Below, in pieces: positions 10,537 to 23,181 of a stretch of DNA of 64,000 nt (positions are counted from its first letter, which is position 1; every line of letters begins with the position of its first letter). Source of the stretch: Halomonas sp. (lineage in GTDB: Bacteria > Pseudomonadota > Gammaproteobacteria > Pseudomonadales > Halomonadaceae); assembly GCA_018401555.1 (NCBI GenBank), contig JAGYKP010000086.1, forward strand, positions 42,049-106,048, read 5' to 3'. The position numbers and the translations under genes were made by a program. The notes below the pieces were generated by a model. It did not search any database. It was given only the letters and a program-made list of their open reading frames with translations, and was not told the DNA's origin.

Positions 10537-11892
10537 ATGACGACCATGCGGATTACCATCTTCGGTTCCGGTTACGTGGGCCTGGTTACCGGTGCCTGCC
10601 TGGCCGATGTGGGCCACGACGTCCTCTGCGTCGACGTCGATGCCGACAAGATCGCGCGCCTCAATGACGGCGAGGTGCCGATCTATGAGCCCGGCCTGGA
10701 GGGCCTGATCCGCCAGAACCGGGCGACCGGACGCCTGCGCTTCACCACCGATGCCGCCGAGGGCGTGGCCTTCGGCCTGCTGCAGTTCATCGCCGTGGGC
10801 ACGCCCGCCGACGAGGATGGCAGCGCGGATCTGCGCCATGTGCTCGAGGTGGCCGAGACCATCGGTCGCCACATGACCCAGTACCGCATCATCGTCGACA
10901 AGTCGACGGTGCCGGTGGGCACCGCCAGCAAGGTGGCCCGCGTGATCAGCGCCGAGCTCGGGCGACGCCGCCTGCAGCTCCCCTTCGATGTCTGCTCCAA
11001 CCCGGAATTCCTCAAGGAAGGTGCCGCGATCGAGGACTTCTCGCGGGGCTCGCGCATCGTGGTGGGGACCGATTCCGAGCGCGTGCGCAGCGCCATGCGC
11101 GAGTGCTACGGCCCCTATAACCGCAACCGCGACAAGCTGATGTTCATGGGCGTGCGCAGCGCCGAGCTGACCAAGTACGCCGCCAATGCCATGCTCGCCA
11201 CCAAGATCAGCTTCATCAACGAGATCGCCAATCTGGCCGAGCGGCTGGGTGCCGACGTGGAGGAGGTGCGCCACGGCATCGGCAGCGACCCGCGCATCGG
11301 CTATCACTTCATCTACCCCGGCTGCGGCTACGGCGGCTCCTGCTTCCCCAAGGACGTCAAGGCGCTGGCGCATACTGCCGAGCAGGTCGGCCACCCCGCC
11401 GAGATGATCGCCGCCGTGGAAGCGCATCAACGCGCGTCAGAAGAGCCGCCTGTTCGAGATGCTGTGCCAGGCCTTCAACGGCCAGCTGGCCGGCAGGACC
11501 ATCGCGCTGTGGGGCCTGGCCTTCAAGCCCAACACCGATGACATGCGCGAGGCCCCCAGTCGGGCGCTGATGGAGGCCCTCTGGGAGGCCGGTGCCCGGG
11601 TCCAGGCCTATGACCCCGAGGCCGCCGACGAGTGTCGCCGCCTGTATGGCGACCGTGACGACCTGGTGCTCGCCGGGTATCGCGACGAGACCTCGAGGGC
11701 GCCGATGCCCTGGTGATCTGCACCGAATGGAAGGCCTTCCGCACCGTCGACTTCGAGGCGCTGCGAGCGACCCTGCGCGAGCCGGTCGTGGTCGACGGCC
11801 GCAACCTCTTCCCGCCCGAGTCGGTCAAGGCCGCAGGCCTCGCCTACTACGCCATCGGCCGGGGTGACTCCGTACGTCCCGTACTCGCCTGA
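10537..11892 (+). CDS. ugd: UDP-glucose 6-dehydrogenase (Ugd-type; frameshifts near 11425 and 11690)
   Basis: [94 protein letters not shown]. Confidence 0.88.
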
Positions 11893-11904
11893 GGGGGAGT
11901 CGAG

Positions 11905-13863
11905 ATGTCGAACACACCTGACGATCGCTCCGTCGCCAGCAAGGTGACGGAGGTCACGACCTTCATCCTCGGGATCGCCCTGCTGATAGTGGTGGTCGAC
12001 GGCCTGCCGCTGGATGTCTTCTCTTCCGAGTCGAAGAGCTTCTTCTTCGCCGTCGGCGCCGTGGGCATCTGGCGCTACAGCTGGTGGCTGATCCAGGCCG
12101 TGCGCTCGGTGTGGTACAACCGCCGGATCTTCCCGCGCCTGCGGGCCGAGGCCGATGCCGCGGGGGAGCAGGCGCTCCCCCCGGAGCTCTATGTGCTGTG
12201 CACCTCCTTCCGCATCGAGCCCGAGGTCAGCTTCCGTGTCTACGACGCCCTGGTGCGCGAGGTTGCCGACTATGGCGTGCCCACCACTATCTTCGCCTCG
12301 CTGTCGGACCGCACCGACGTGGACGTCATCACCCACGTCATGGACGACAACGGCTGGCCGGAGAACATCGAGCTGCGCTACATGTTCCAGAAGGGTGACG
12401 GCAAGCGCTCGGCCATGGCCGAGGTGCTGCGCGCCATCTCGCGGCGCATGCCGGCGCCGGGCGCCCTGCTGGTCTCCATGGACGGCGACATCCGGCTCGA
12501 GCCGGGCACCCTGTCGCGCTCGCTGTCGTTCTTCAGCGTCCAGGAGGACCTGGGCGCCCTGACCACCAACAACAGCGCCATCGTCACGGGAGGCGACGCC
12601 ACCAAGGAGTGGTATGACATCCGCTACGCCCAGCGTCACCTGGTGATGAGCTCGATGTCGGTCTCACGACGCCTGCTGGTACTGACCGGCCGCTACAGTG
12701 CCTTCCGGGCCGAACTGGCGACCCAGCCCGACTTCATCGAGCTGGTGGAGAACGACCACGTCGACCACTGGCGCTTCGGCACCTTCAAGTTCCTCTCCGG
12801 TGACGACAAGTCGACCTGGTACTGGCTGCTGAAGAACGGCTGGCGGATGCTCTACATACCGGACGTGCACGTCTCGGGCTTCGAGGAACTGCCCGACCGC
12901 AGGCGGTTCTTCAAGTCGACCACCGACCTGATGCGCCGCTGGTACGGCAACATGCTGCGCACCAGCAACCGCGCCATCGCCCTGGGGCCACGGCCCATGG
13001 GTCTGTTCACCTGGTGGAGCCTGGTCGACCAGCGGCTCTCCATGTGGACCACCCTGATCGGCCCTACGGTGGCCCTCCTGGTGACCCTGTTCATCCGCCC
13101 CTCGTTCATCTTCGCCTATGTCCTGTGGATCCTTTTCACCCGCGGCATCGTGACGCTCATCCTGGCCTGGCAGCACGGCCGCTACAGCCTGCTCTGGGTG
13201 CCCTTGATCTACTACAACCAGGTGTGGGGTGCGTTGCTCAAGACCTATGTCAGCTTCCGCTTCAACCGCCAGAAGTGGTCGCGCCAGGGCATCTCCGCGG
13301 GCGAACCCGACGACCCGGCAGCCGTGAAGCGCCAGCGGCGCATGGGCCATGTGCTCCACGGCTTCGCCTACGGCGTGCTGCTCTACGTGCTGGTGCTGGC
13401 CACCGGGGTCCTGCAGCCACCGGACCGCACCTCGCTGGCCACCCTGACCGGCGGCAGCCCGGAGGCGCAGTCGCGGGTGGACGACCGCTGGCTGTCGCTG
13501 GCCATCGCCGATGCCCCGGAGGGGGGCAGCGTGCAACTGCCGGCCGGTGACTTCCATCTCGACGACGACCTGCTGGACACAATCGAGGGCCTCGACCGCC
13601 CCCGGGCCCGGCAGCTGCTGGGTGCCTCGGGGGACGCCACGCGCCTCTTCGTCACCTCCGAGCTGGCCACTCACCTGAGCGACAGCCATGGACGGCCCAT
13701 CGCCGAGGCGGCGGCCTGCCCGCAGCCTGACGGCTGCACCCTGACACTGAAGCACCACTCGATGCGCCTCAAGGGCCTGAGGATCCAGGTGGACTCCGGC
13801 CGTTCCGGCGACACCCTGGCGTCGGCCAACCAACAGAGCAAGGAGAAGGCAAAGGATGTCTGA
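11905..13863 (+). CDS. Alg8-like GT2 processive glycosyltransferase with C-terminal extension
   Basis: GAVGIWRYS, TSFRI, GKR, DGD, AQRH..SSM, HWRFGTFKFLSGDDKS, LMRRWYGN, DQRLSMWT, YYNQ, all collinear with Pseudomonas Alg8 as I recall it. Confidence 0.9.
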   Translation: MSNTPDDRSVASKVTEVTTFILGIALLIVVVDGLPLDVFSSESKSFFFAVGAVGIWRYSWWLIQAVRSVWYNRRIFPRLRAEADAAGEQALPPELYVLCTSFRIEPEVSFRVYDALVREVADYGVPTTIFASLSDRTDVDVITHVMDDNGWPENIELRYMFQKGDGKRSAMAEVLRAISRRMPAPGALLVSMDGDIRLEPGTLSRSLSFFSVQEDLGALTTNNSAIVTGGDATKEWYDIRYAQRHLVMSSMSVSRRLLVLTGRYSAFRAELATQPDFIELVENDHVDHWRFGTFKFLSGDDKSTWYWLLKNGWRMLYIPDVHVSGFEELPDRRRFFKSTTDLMRRWYGNMLRTSNRAIALGPRPMGLFTWWSLVDQRLSMWTTLIGPTVALLVTLFIRPSFIFAYVLWILFTRGIVTLILAWQHGRYSLLWVPLIYYNQVWGALLKTYVSFRFNRQKWSRQGISAGEPDDPAAVKRQRRMGHVLHGFAYGVLLYVLVLATGVLQPPDRTSLATLTGGSPEAQSRVDDRWLSLAIADAPEGGSVQLPAGDFHLDDDLLDTIEGLDRPRARQLLGASGDATRLFVTSELATHLSDSHGRPIAEAAACPQPDGCTLTLKHHSMRLKGLRIQVDSGRSGDTLASANQQSKEKAKDV

Positions 13864-15373
13864 TCATCATCCCGACATGAACGGCATCGACCGTAACGAG
13901 CCGAGCCTGGGTCCGGTCACCCACCGAGGCGAGGGACGCCATCACGAGAGAATCCACCACGAGCGGCGCGACGAGCGCCGCTTCATCCGCGTCTCGCCCC
14001 CCTTCCGGGTCCGCCTCGAGGATGGCCAGGAGCTCCCCGGTGCCGATGTCTCGGTGGGCGGCTTCGCGGTGCGCACCTCACGGCCGCTGCGCCCTGGCGA
14101 GCGCCTGTCGGCCTCGCTGCTGCTGACCGCCGGGGCCACCGAACTGATCGTGCCGGTGCAGGCCGAGTGCCGCCATGCCACCGCCGAGCAGGGCGGGCGA
14201 CACTACGTCAACGGCTTCGAGATCACGGATATCGAACCACCCCACCGCGAACTGCTGCGCCAGGTGGTTCGCAGCTGCCTGACCGGACGCCACCCCAGCA
14301 TCGAGTCGCTGATGGAGGGCGAGGATCCGCAGACCCCGCGCAGGCGCAAGGCGGGTCACTCCTCGCCCCTGCCGCCGTCGCGCCCGCCCAAGCCGCGGGG
14401 ACGCTACCTGCTGCTGTTCACCGCCATCGGCGTCCTCGCGATCGCGGCGGCGGCCACGGCCTACCGCAACTTCATGCTGATCGAGCCGAGCTTCGCCGCG
14501 GTCACCGCCCCACGGATCGACATTCGCGCCCCGGGCCCCGGCATCCTCGAGGCCCACGACCTGCAGGCCGGCGACCGGGTCGCGCGCGACCAGGAGCTGA
14601 CCAGCATCGCCAACAGCGACCTGGAGTCGGAGCTGATCCTCTCCCGCGCCTCACTGAACTACAACGAGCAGCTCATCACGAACCTGCGAGAGCACCTGGA
14701 GTCGGCCGGCGGCGGTCAGGTCAGCATCGCCAGCTCCGCGCGTCCCGAGAGCGGCGATGCCATGAGCTTCGAGACGGTGTCGCCGGAGATCGCCCAGGCA
14801 CGCATCGAGCAGTTCGAGACGGCACGCGACCTGGAGAGCTCGCGCATCACCGCGCTGGAGGCACGCCAGGCCAGCAACGACATCTACAGCCCGTGCGAGT
14901 GCCTGGTGGCCTGGGCCCTGAGCAGCGCCGACGGCACCTATGTCAACGAGAGCGAGCGGATCATGACCCTGATCCGCACCGGCGAGGACGACGTCATGGT
15001 CGAGGCGCTGGTCCACATGGATGACATCGACCGCATCGAGCCCAACCAGACGGCCTACGTCTCGCTGCCCAACGCCTCGACCCCGATCCGCGCCCGGGTA
15101 CGCAACGTGGCGCTCGACGTCGAGCGCCAGCCCCGTGCCGGCTTCCCCAGCTGGGTCCGCCAGCAGCAGAACGTGGCAAGTGTGCTGCTGGTGCCCGAGA
15201 AGAGCCTGCCGCCGGAAAGCGTCGGCAAGCCGGCAGACGTGCGCTTCACCGAGGCCCCGCTGCTGGGTGCCACCGCCGAGTGGGTCTGGCAGGGCATGCG
15301 GGCGGTGATCCAGTTCGGCGAGCGCGTCTACCGTGCCGCCACCCAGGAGGACACCTCCTCCGAGGCGGGGTGA
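13856..15373 (+). CDS. Alg44-like protein (PilZ + TM + membrane-fusion domain)
   Basis: PilZ motifs RRFIR and DVSVGG; single TM; IRAPGPG...SPCEC HlyD-like periplasmic part. Confidence 0.85.
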   Translation: MSDHHPDMNGIDRNEPSLGPVTHRGEGRHHERIHHERRDERRFIRVSPPFRVRLEDGQELPGADVSVGGFAVRTSRPLRPGERLSASLLLTAGATELIVPVQAECRHATAEQGGRHYVNGFEITDIEPPHRELLRQVVRSCLTGRHPSIESLMEGEDPQTPRRRKAGHSSPLPPSRPPKPRGRYLLLFTAIGVLAIAAAATAYRNFMLIEPSFAAVTAPRIDIRAPGPGILEAHDLQAGDRVARDQELTSIANSDLESELILSRASLNYNEQLITNLREHLESAGGGQVSIASSARPESGDAMSFETVSPEIAQARIEQFETARDLESSRITALEARQASNDIYSPCECLVAWALSSADGTYVNESERIMTLIRTGEDDVMVEALVHMDDIDRIEPNQTAYVSLPNASTPIRARVRNVALDVERQPRAGFPSWVRQQQNVASVLLVPEKSLPPESVGKPADVRFTEAPLLGATAEWVWQGMRAVIQFGERVYRAATQEDTSSEAG

Positions 15374-15431
15374 TGCCCGGCCACCGACGCCGCGATGCCT
15401 CGGCACCGCGGCCCTTCGTCAAGGAGACTCC

Positions 15432-16317
15432 ATGAGCATGATATCACCCGATTTCCGGCGTCTGACACTGCTCCTCACGGCCCTGCTTTCGGGCATCGCC
15501 TCGGCAGGCACCTCTGCGCAGGAAGACGAGGAGCCGACCCTCTCCCATCCGCGGGTCGAACCCCGTTCGGCGCGCTATCCGCTGGCGGCCACCCCGCAGC
15601 CGGACCTCTCCGCCGAGGATGCCCGGGCAGGAGTGCGCCAGGGCTTCGGCACCCGGCGTGACTGGGGCGTCGAGGACAATGTCGAGCTCCTCGACGCCGA
15701 CGCCACGGGCCTCGGCGAGCCGGGCCTGCGCGTCCACTATCCCGAGGGCACTTCCTCCCCCGGAGACACGGAGCAGGGGGGCCGGCTTCTACGCCGCCCC
15801 GGCAGGACCTGGCCGGGGCCGAACGGGCCTGCCTCACCTACCAGGTGCGTTTCGAGCCGGGATTCGACTTCGTCAAGGGCGGCAAGCTGCCGGGCCTCTA
15901 CGGCGGCGATGCCCCCAGCGGCGGCGACGAGGTCGACGGCGAGAGCGGCTTCTCGATGCGCTTCATGTGGCGCGAGGCCGGCCAGGGGAGCTCTACGAGT
16001 ACGTGGCCGGCCAGGACGAGGAGTTCGGCGCCTCCGTGGGTCGCGGGCTGTGGAGTTTCCCCAGCGGGGAGTGGGTCACCATCGAACAGGAGCTGGTGCT
16101 CAACACGCCGGGGGAGGCCGACGGGCTGGCCCGGGTGTGGATCGACGGAGTCCCGGTGCTCGAGCAGGGCGAGATCGTCTACCGCACCACCGATGAGGTG
16201 ACCATCGACGGCCTGATGTTCTCGACCTTCTTCGGCGGCAGCGGCAAGGAGTGGCGCACCCCGTCCGACCAGCATGCCGACTTCGCCGCATTCCGCTTCT
16301 ACGCCCCCTCTCCCTGA
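15432..16317 (+). CDS. Secreted PL14-like polysaccharide lyase (frameshifts near 15780-15810 and 15985)
   Basis: Signal peptide; LRVHYPEG, FDFVKGGKLPGLYGG, FSMRFMWR, LNTPGEADG..RVWIDG, FSTFFGG. Confidence 0.8.
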
Positions 16318-16354
16318 GCGGGGCCGCCCCATCTCACAAGGAGTGACACCCACC

Positions 16355-17608
16355 ATGCCCCAGGCCCGTTCCGGACTGCCCCACCGCCCTCTCGCCGCCG
16401 CCCTGACCCTGCTGCTCGCCGGGCTGGCGAGCGGCGCGGGCGCCCAGGAGATGGAGATCCTCACCATCGAGGAGCGCGAGGCACTCGACCTCTCGGACTA
16501 TCGCGTCACCGCCCCCGACGCCGGCTACTTCGATGTGGCGGCCCGCATGGAAGAGCTCGCCGACACCGACAACGCCATCCTGCTCCAGGAGGTCGACCAG
16601 CTCGCTCAGGGCCCGAGCTGCCAGCAGATGATGGCGTACGAGCCGATCACCACCCAGCTGCGGGTTCCCGGCTACTACCCCAACCCCGAGGCATGGGAGC
16701 TCGCCTCGGAGCCGCTGTTCCAGTTCGAGGACAACGTCTCGATGCTGGCCGGCAGCTTCGTCGCCAGCGGCGATGAGTACTATGCCGAGTGCCTGGTGCG
16801 CTTCCTCGACCACTGGGCGCAGCAGGAGGCCCTGACCGACTTCTACTACGACTCCGTCGAGCCCCAGGCATGGTTCGCCACCGAGTCGATGATCTTTGCC
16901 GCGGCCATGGCCTACGCCAGCGTGCGCCCCTACGTCGAAGGCATGCAGGAGGAGCGTGAGCGCGTCGAGGCGTGGCTCAACGGCCTGGCCCACCAGCACG
17001 CCGATATCCCCGGTGGCGAGGGCAACAGCTGCTGCAACAACCACTTCTACCGCCGGGCGCTCTACGCCAGCATGGTCGGCGTGCTGACCGAGGACAACGC
17101 GCTGTTCCGCTTCGGGGTGAGCGCCATCCATGCCGCCCTTCACGACATGACCGAGGAGGGCGCCTTCCCGCTGGAGGTCTCCCGAGGACGGCGCGCCACC
17201 CACTACCAGAACTATGGCCTGCTCTACCTGATCACCAACATGCAGGTCATCGCCCGGCAGGGCTACGACATCTTCGAGCTCGAGGTCGACGGCCGCACCA
17301 TCCATGACGCCATCGACTTCCTGTTCGCGATCCTCGACGACCCGGCCGCCCTGGGCGACTACGCCCCTCTCGAGCAGTACACCGGATTTCTCAAGGATCC
17401 CCAGTACTTCACCTGGATGGAGATCTACCTGAAGCGCTTCGATGACCCCCGCGTCGAGGACTTCATCCGCCGGGTACGCCCCCTCTACAACCGCAGTGCC
17501 GGCGGCTACATGACCCTGTACTTCATGGATCCCGACGCCCAGCACCATGTCGTGCTCGACGAGGAGAAGCAGGAGACCACGGCTTTCAAGGGACTGGGGC
17601 AGGAGTGA
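16355..17608 (+). CDS. PL5-type alginate/polyuronate lyase
   Basis: Signal peptide; SCCNNHFY, HYQNY, RQGYDIF...DGRTIH resemble Sphingomonas A1-III/AlgL. Confidence 0.85.
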   Translation: MPQARSGLPHRPLAAALTLLLAGLASGAGAQEMEILTIEEREALDLSDYRVTAPDAGYFDVAARMEELADTDNAILLQEVDQLAQGPSCQQMMAYEPITTQLRVPGYYPNPEAWELASEPLFQFEDNVSMLAGSFVASGDEYYAECLVRFLDHWAQQEALTDFYYDSVEPQAWFATESMIFAAAMAYASVRPYVEGMQEERERVEAWLNGLAHQHADIPGGEGNSCCNNHFYRRALYASMVGVLTEDNALFRFGVSAIHAALHDMTEEGAFPLEVSRGRRATHYQNYGLLYLITNMQVIARQGYDIFELEVDGRTIHDAIDFLFAILDDPAALGDYAPLEQYTGFLKDPQYFTWMEIYLKRFDDPRVEDFIRRVRPLYNRSAGGYMTLYFMDPDAQHHVVLDEEKQETTAFKGLGQE

Positions 17609-17657
17609 TACCCCGATATCCGCCGTCATCCGAGAATCACCACGAGGCCCGAACACC

Positions 17658-20369
17658 ATGCAAATCACCCCGACCGCTACCCCCGTCCTGCCACAGGCTC
17701 GAGGACTTCGCCTGATGGCCTCGGCCAGCCTGCTGGTGCTGCTCGCCGGATGCGCCGTCACCGACACGACTCCTCAGGCCATCGCCCCCCTGCCCGAGCG
17801 CTACCAGGCCTGGTTCGAGGACGGCCAGCCGCGCAACTTCGAGTGGATGCACAAGCAGACCGTCGAGAAGGCCGACGAGGCGGCCGCCGCAGGCAACCCC
17901 CGCGAGGCGATCCGGCTGCTCACCGGCCTGGCCGATCAGGGCTTTCCCCAGGCGCACTATGAACTGGGCAAGCTCCATGACCAGGGCGAGGCGACGGAGC
18001 GCGACCCAGGACGGGCGGCCGAGCACTATGCCCGAGCGGTGCGCACCCCCTCCTACATTCGTGGCCATGCCGCTCTCAACCTGGCGAAGCTCTATCGCGA
18101 GGGCGGCGCCGTCGAGCGCAATGACCTGCTCGCCTACCACCTGCTGCGCCTGGCCATCGAAGAGGAGGTGGAGCGTGACGAGCGGGTGATGCTGGCCGAG
18201 CTGCTGCGAGACGGCGGTGACGGGGTGTCGGCCGACCCCGAACAGGCGGCCAGGCTCTATGCCATCGAGGCCGAGCAGGGCAAGGAGGAGGCGCTCAGGG
18301 CGCTCGCCGAGGCCCATGCCCCCGGCGGCTGGCTGGACGAAGCCCGACCTCGCCATGGACTACGCCCAACGCTACGCCGCGGCGCTGCGCAAGCGCGCCG
18401 CGGCCGGCGAGACCGATGCCATGCGGCGCCTGGCGGGACTGCATGCCCCCGACGGCCTGCTCGGCGACCAGCCTGAACAGCGCCTGCACTGGCTACGCCA
18501 GGCGGCCGAGGCCGGCGACGAGGATGCACTGGGCAATGCCGGTAACGCTCTGCTAGAGGCCGGGGAGACGCGAGAGGGGGTCGCAATGCTCGAGGAGGCG
18601 GCCAAGCATGGCGATGTCGACGCCATGACCAAGCTGGGCGGATTGCTGGGCGACCCCGAGCAGGAACCAACCCGGCCGGCGGCCGGCGAAGCGCTGGCTG
18701 GAGCAAGCCGTTGAAGCCGGCAACGTCGACGCCATGGAGATCCTCGGGGCCACGTTGGTGGCCGAGGCCCGTCAGCGGCAGGAGGCGACGGGCGGGCTGG
18801 GGGCCGACGCCGATGTCGCCTCCCCCGACCTCGGCGAACCGGCCCTCTTCCCCCCACCCGCGGCCCAACGTGGCATCGCCCTGCTCGAACGCGCCGCCGA
18901 GCAGGACCACGCCCTGGCGATGGCTCGCCTGGGCGACCTCTACCTCGAGGGCGAGCTGGTGCCAAGCCAACCCTATCTGGCCATCGACTACCTGGAGCGC
19001 GCCCACGAGCTGGGTCACCCCTGGGCCACCCAGCAGCTGGGCGCCGCCTACCTCGAGGGCCGCGGCGTTCCGCAGGACGGAGGCCGGGCGGAAGGCTTGC
19101 TTCGCGAGGCGGGCAAACAGGGCCAGGCGGGGGCCCTGCGCCTGCTCGGCGAGGCCCACCTCCAGGAGCAGGGGCCCCTGCCCTTCCACCCCAGCCGCGC
19201 CGAGTCGCTGCTGGAGGAGGCCCTAGAGGCCGGCGATGACACCGCCATGGCGGTACTCGGTGAGGCCTACCTGAAGGGGCCGCTGCCGGAGGATAGCGGC
19301 CGCGGCCTGGCCCTGCTCGAGCGCGCGGCGCGCAACGGCGACGCCAATGCCATGCTGGTGCTGGGTCGCGCCTACCGCGACGGCGACGGGGTCGGCCAGG
19401 ACCTCGACGAGGCCACACACTGGCTGACGCGGGCCCGTGAGGCCGGGAACACGGCCGCCGATGAGGTCATGGTCGGGGTCAACCGCAAGAAGGGGGCTGG
19501 CGGCGATATCAACGCCCTGATCGAGGCCGCCGAGCAGGGACACCCAGGGGCCATGGCCGACCTGGGACGCGCCTTCCAGGAAGGCCGGGGCGTACAGGCC
19601 GACCCCGGGCGGCCCGCCGCTGGCTCGAGCAGGCCGCGAATGCCGGCCACACCGGGCGCGCGCCGAGATCGGCGAGATGCTGCTCGACAGCGAGCCGCAG
19701 CGCGCCCTGTCTCTGCTGCAGTCCGCCGCCGGCGCCGGCCACGAGGGGGCGCGCCTGACCCTCGGCCAGGCCTACCTGAAGGGTGACATCGTCGAGGCCG
19801 ATGCCGAGCGGGGCATCGAATACCTGCGCCCCCTCGCCGAAGCAGGCAATCCCCATGCGGCCCGGGAGCTAGGCGTGGCCTATCAGGAGGGTGTGGGGGT
19901 GACATCCGATCCCGAGCAGGCCCGGGAGTGGCTGGAACGCGCCGCCGAGAGCGGTGATCTCGCCTCGCGGGCCAACCTGGGCCGCAGCCTGCTGCGCGGC
20001 GAGGCGGGTATGCCCGTGGACACCGAGCGCGGCCAGGAGCTGCTGCAGAAGGCCGCGGCCCAGGGTCACCCCGGGGCCATGGCCACCCTGGGCCGGGAGT
20101 ACATCCGCGGCGAGAACCTCGAGCAGGATGTCCGCCAGGGGGCCGACTACCTGCTGAAGGCGGCCGAGCAGGGCCACTCCAGCGCCCGCCTGGCGCTGGC
20201 CAAGGCCTACCTGGCGGCCAACGGCCTGGAGAATGCCAGCCGCGAGCAGGCCCTGGTGTGGCTCGATGGCGTCATGGAAGGCGACAGCAGCATGGCGCTG
20301 CAGACCCTCCACGAGCTGCTCTCCGACGAGAGTGCCGCCGAGGCGCTGGAGGTGGCGGCGGCGGAGTGA
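17658..20369 (+). CDS. SEL1-like repeat lipoprotein (AlgK-like, about 900 aa; frameshifts near 18345, 18680, 19610)
   Basis: Lipobox LLVLLAGC; many AxxxLGxxYxxGxGVxxD...A..WL..AA.xG repeats. Confidence 0.85.
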
Positions 20370-20392
20370 TCCACGAGTGTCCCCCGCTACGC

Positions 20393-20420
20393 AAAGGCCG
20401 GCCCCGTGGGGACCGGCCTG
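20393..20420. terminator. Hairpin terminator between converging SEL1 gene and purA
   Basis: AAAGGCCGGCCCC-GT-GGGGACCGGCCT. Confidence 0.6.
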
Positions 20421-20448
20421 CCTGCTTCAGGGACTGCTGCTTTCGAGG

Positions 20449-22979
<2,531 letters not shown>

Positions 22980-23091
22980 GTGAATCATCCTGCAAGGCAG
23001 TGAAAATGGCCGTGAAGTCTACGCTCCTGCCGAGGCGGCGAGCGTCTGACGTGCGACAGGGCTTGCGCAGGGCTTGTGGATAGACGGCCAC

Positions 23092-23116
23092 AAAAAAACC
23101 GGGCCACGCCCGGTTA
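23092..23116 (-). terminator. Rho-independent terminator after hflC
   Basis: Minus strand AACCGGGC-GTG-GCCCGGTTTTTTT. Confidence 0.75.
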
Positions 23117-23181
23117 CAGGAGTCTACCACGTTTGCGTCGGGGATGAACCCCGACCGGGCCCGCAGGCCCGGCCGGGTTTC

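Noticed and set aside
10537-11892. Calling the dehydrogenase algD
   Set aside because: Motifs match the Ugd type; the position before alg8 alone is not sufficient
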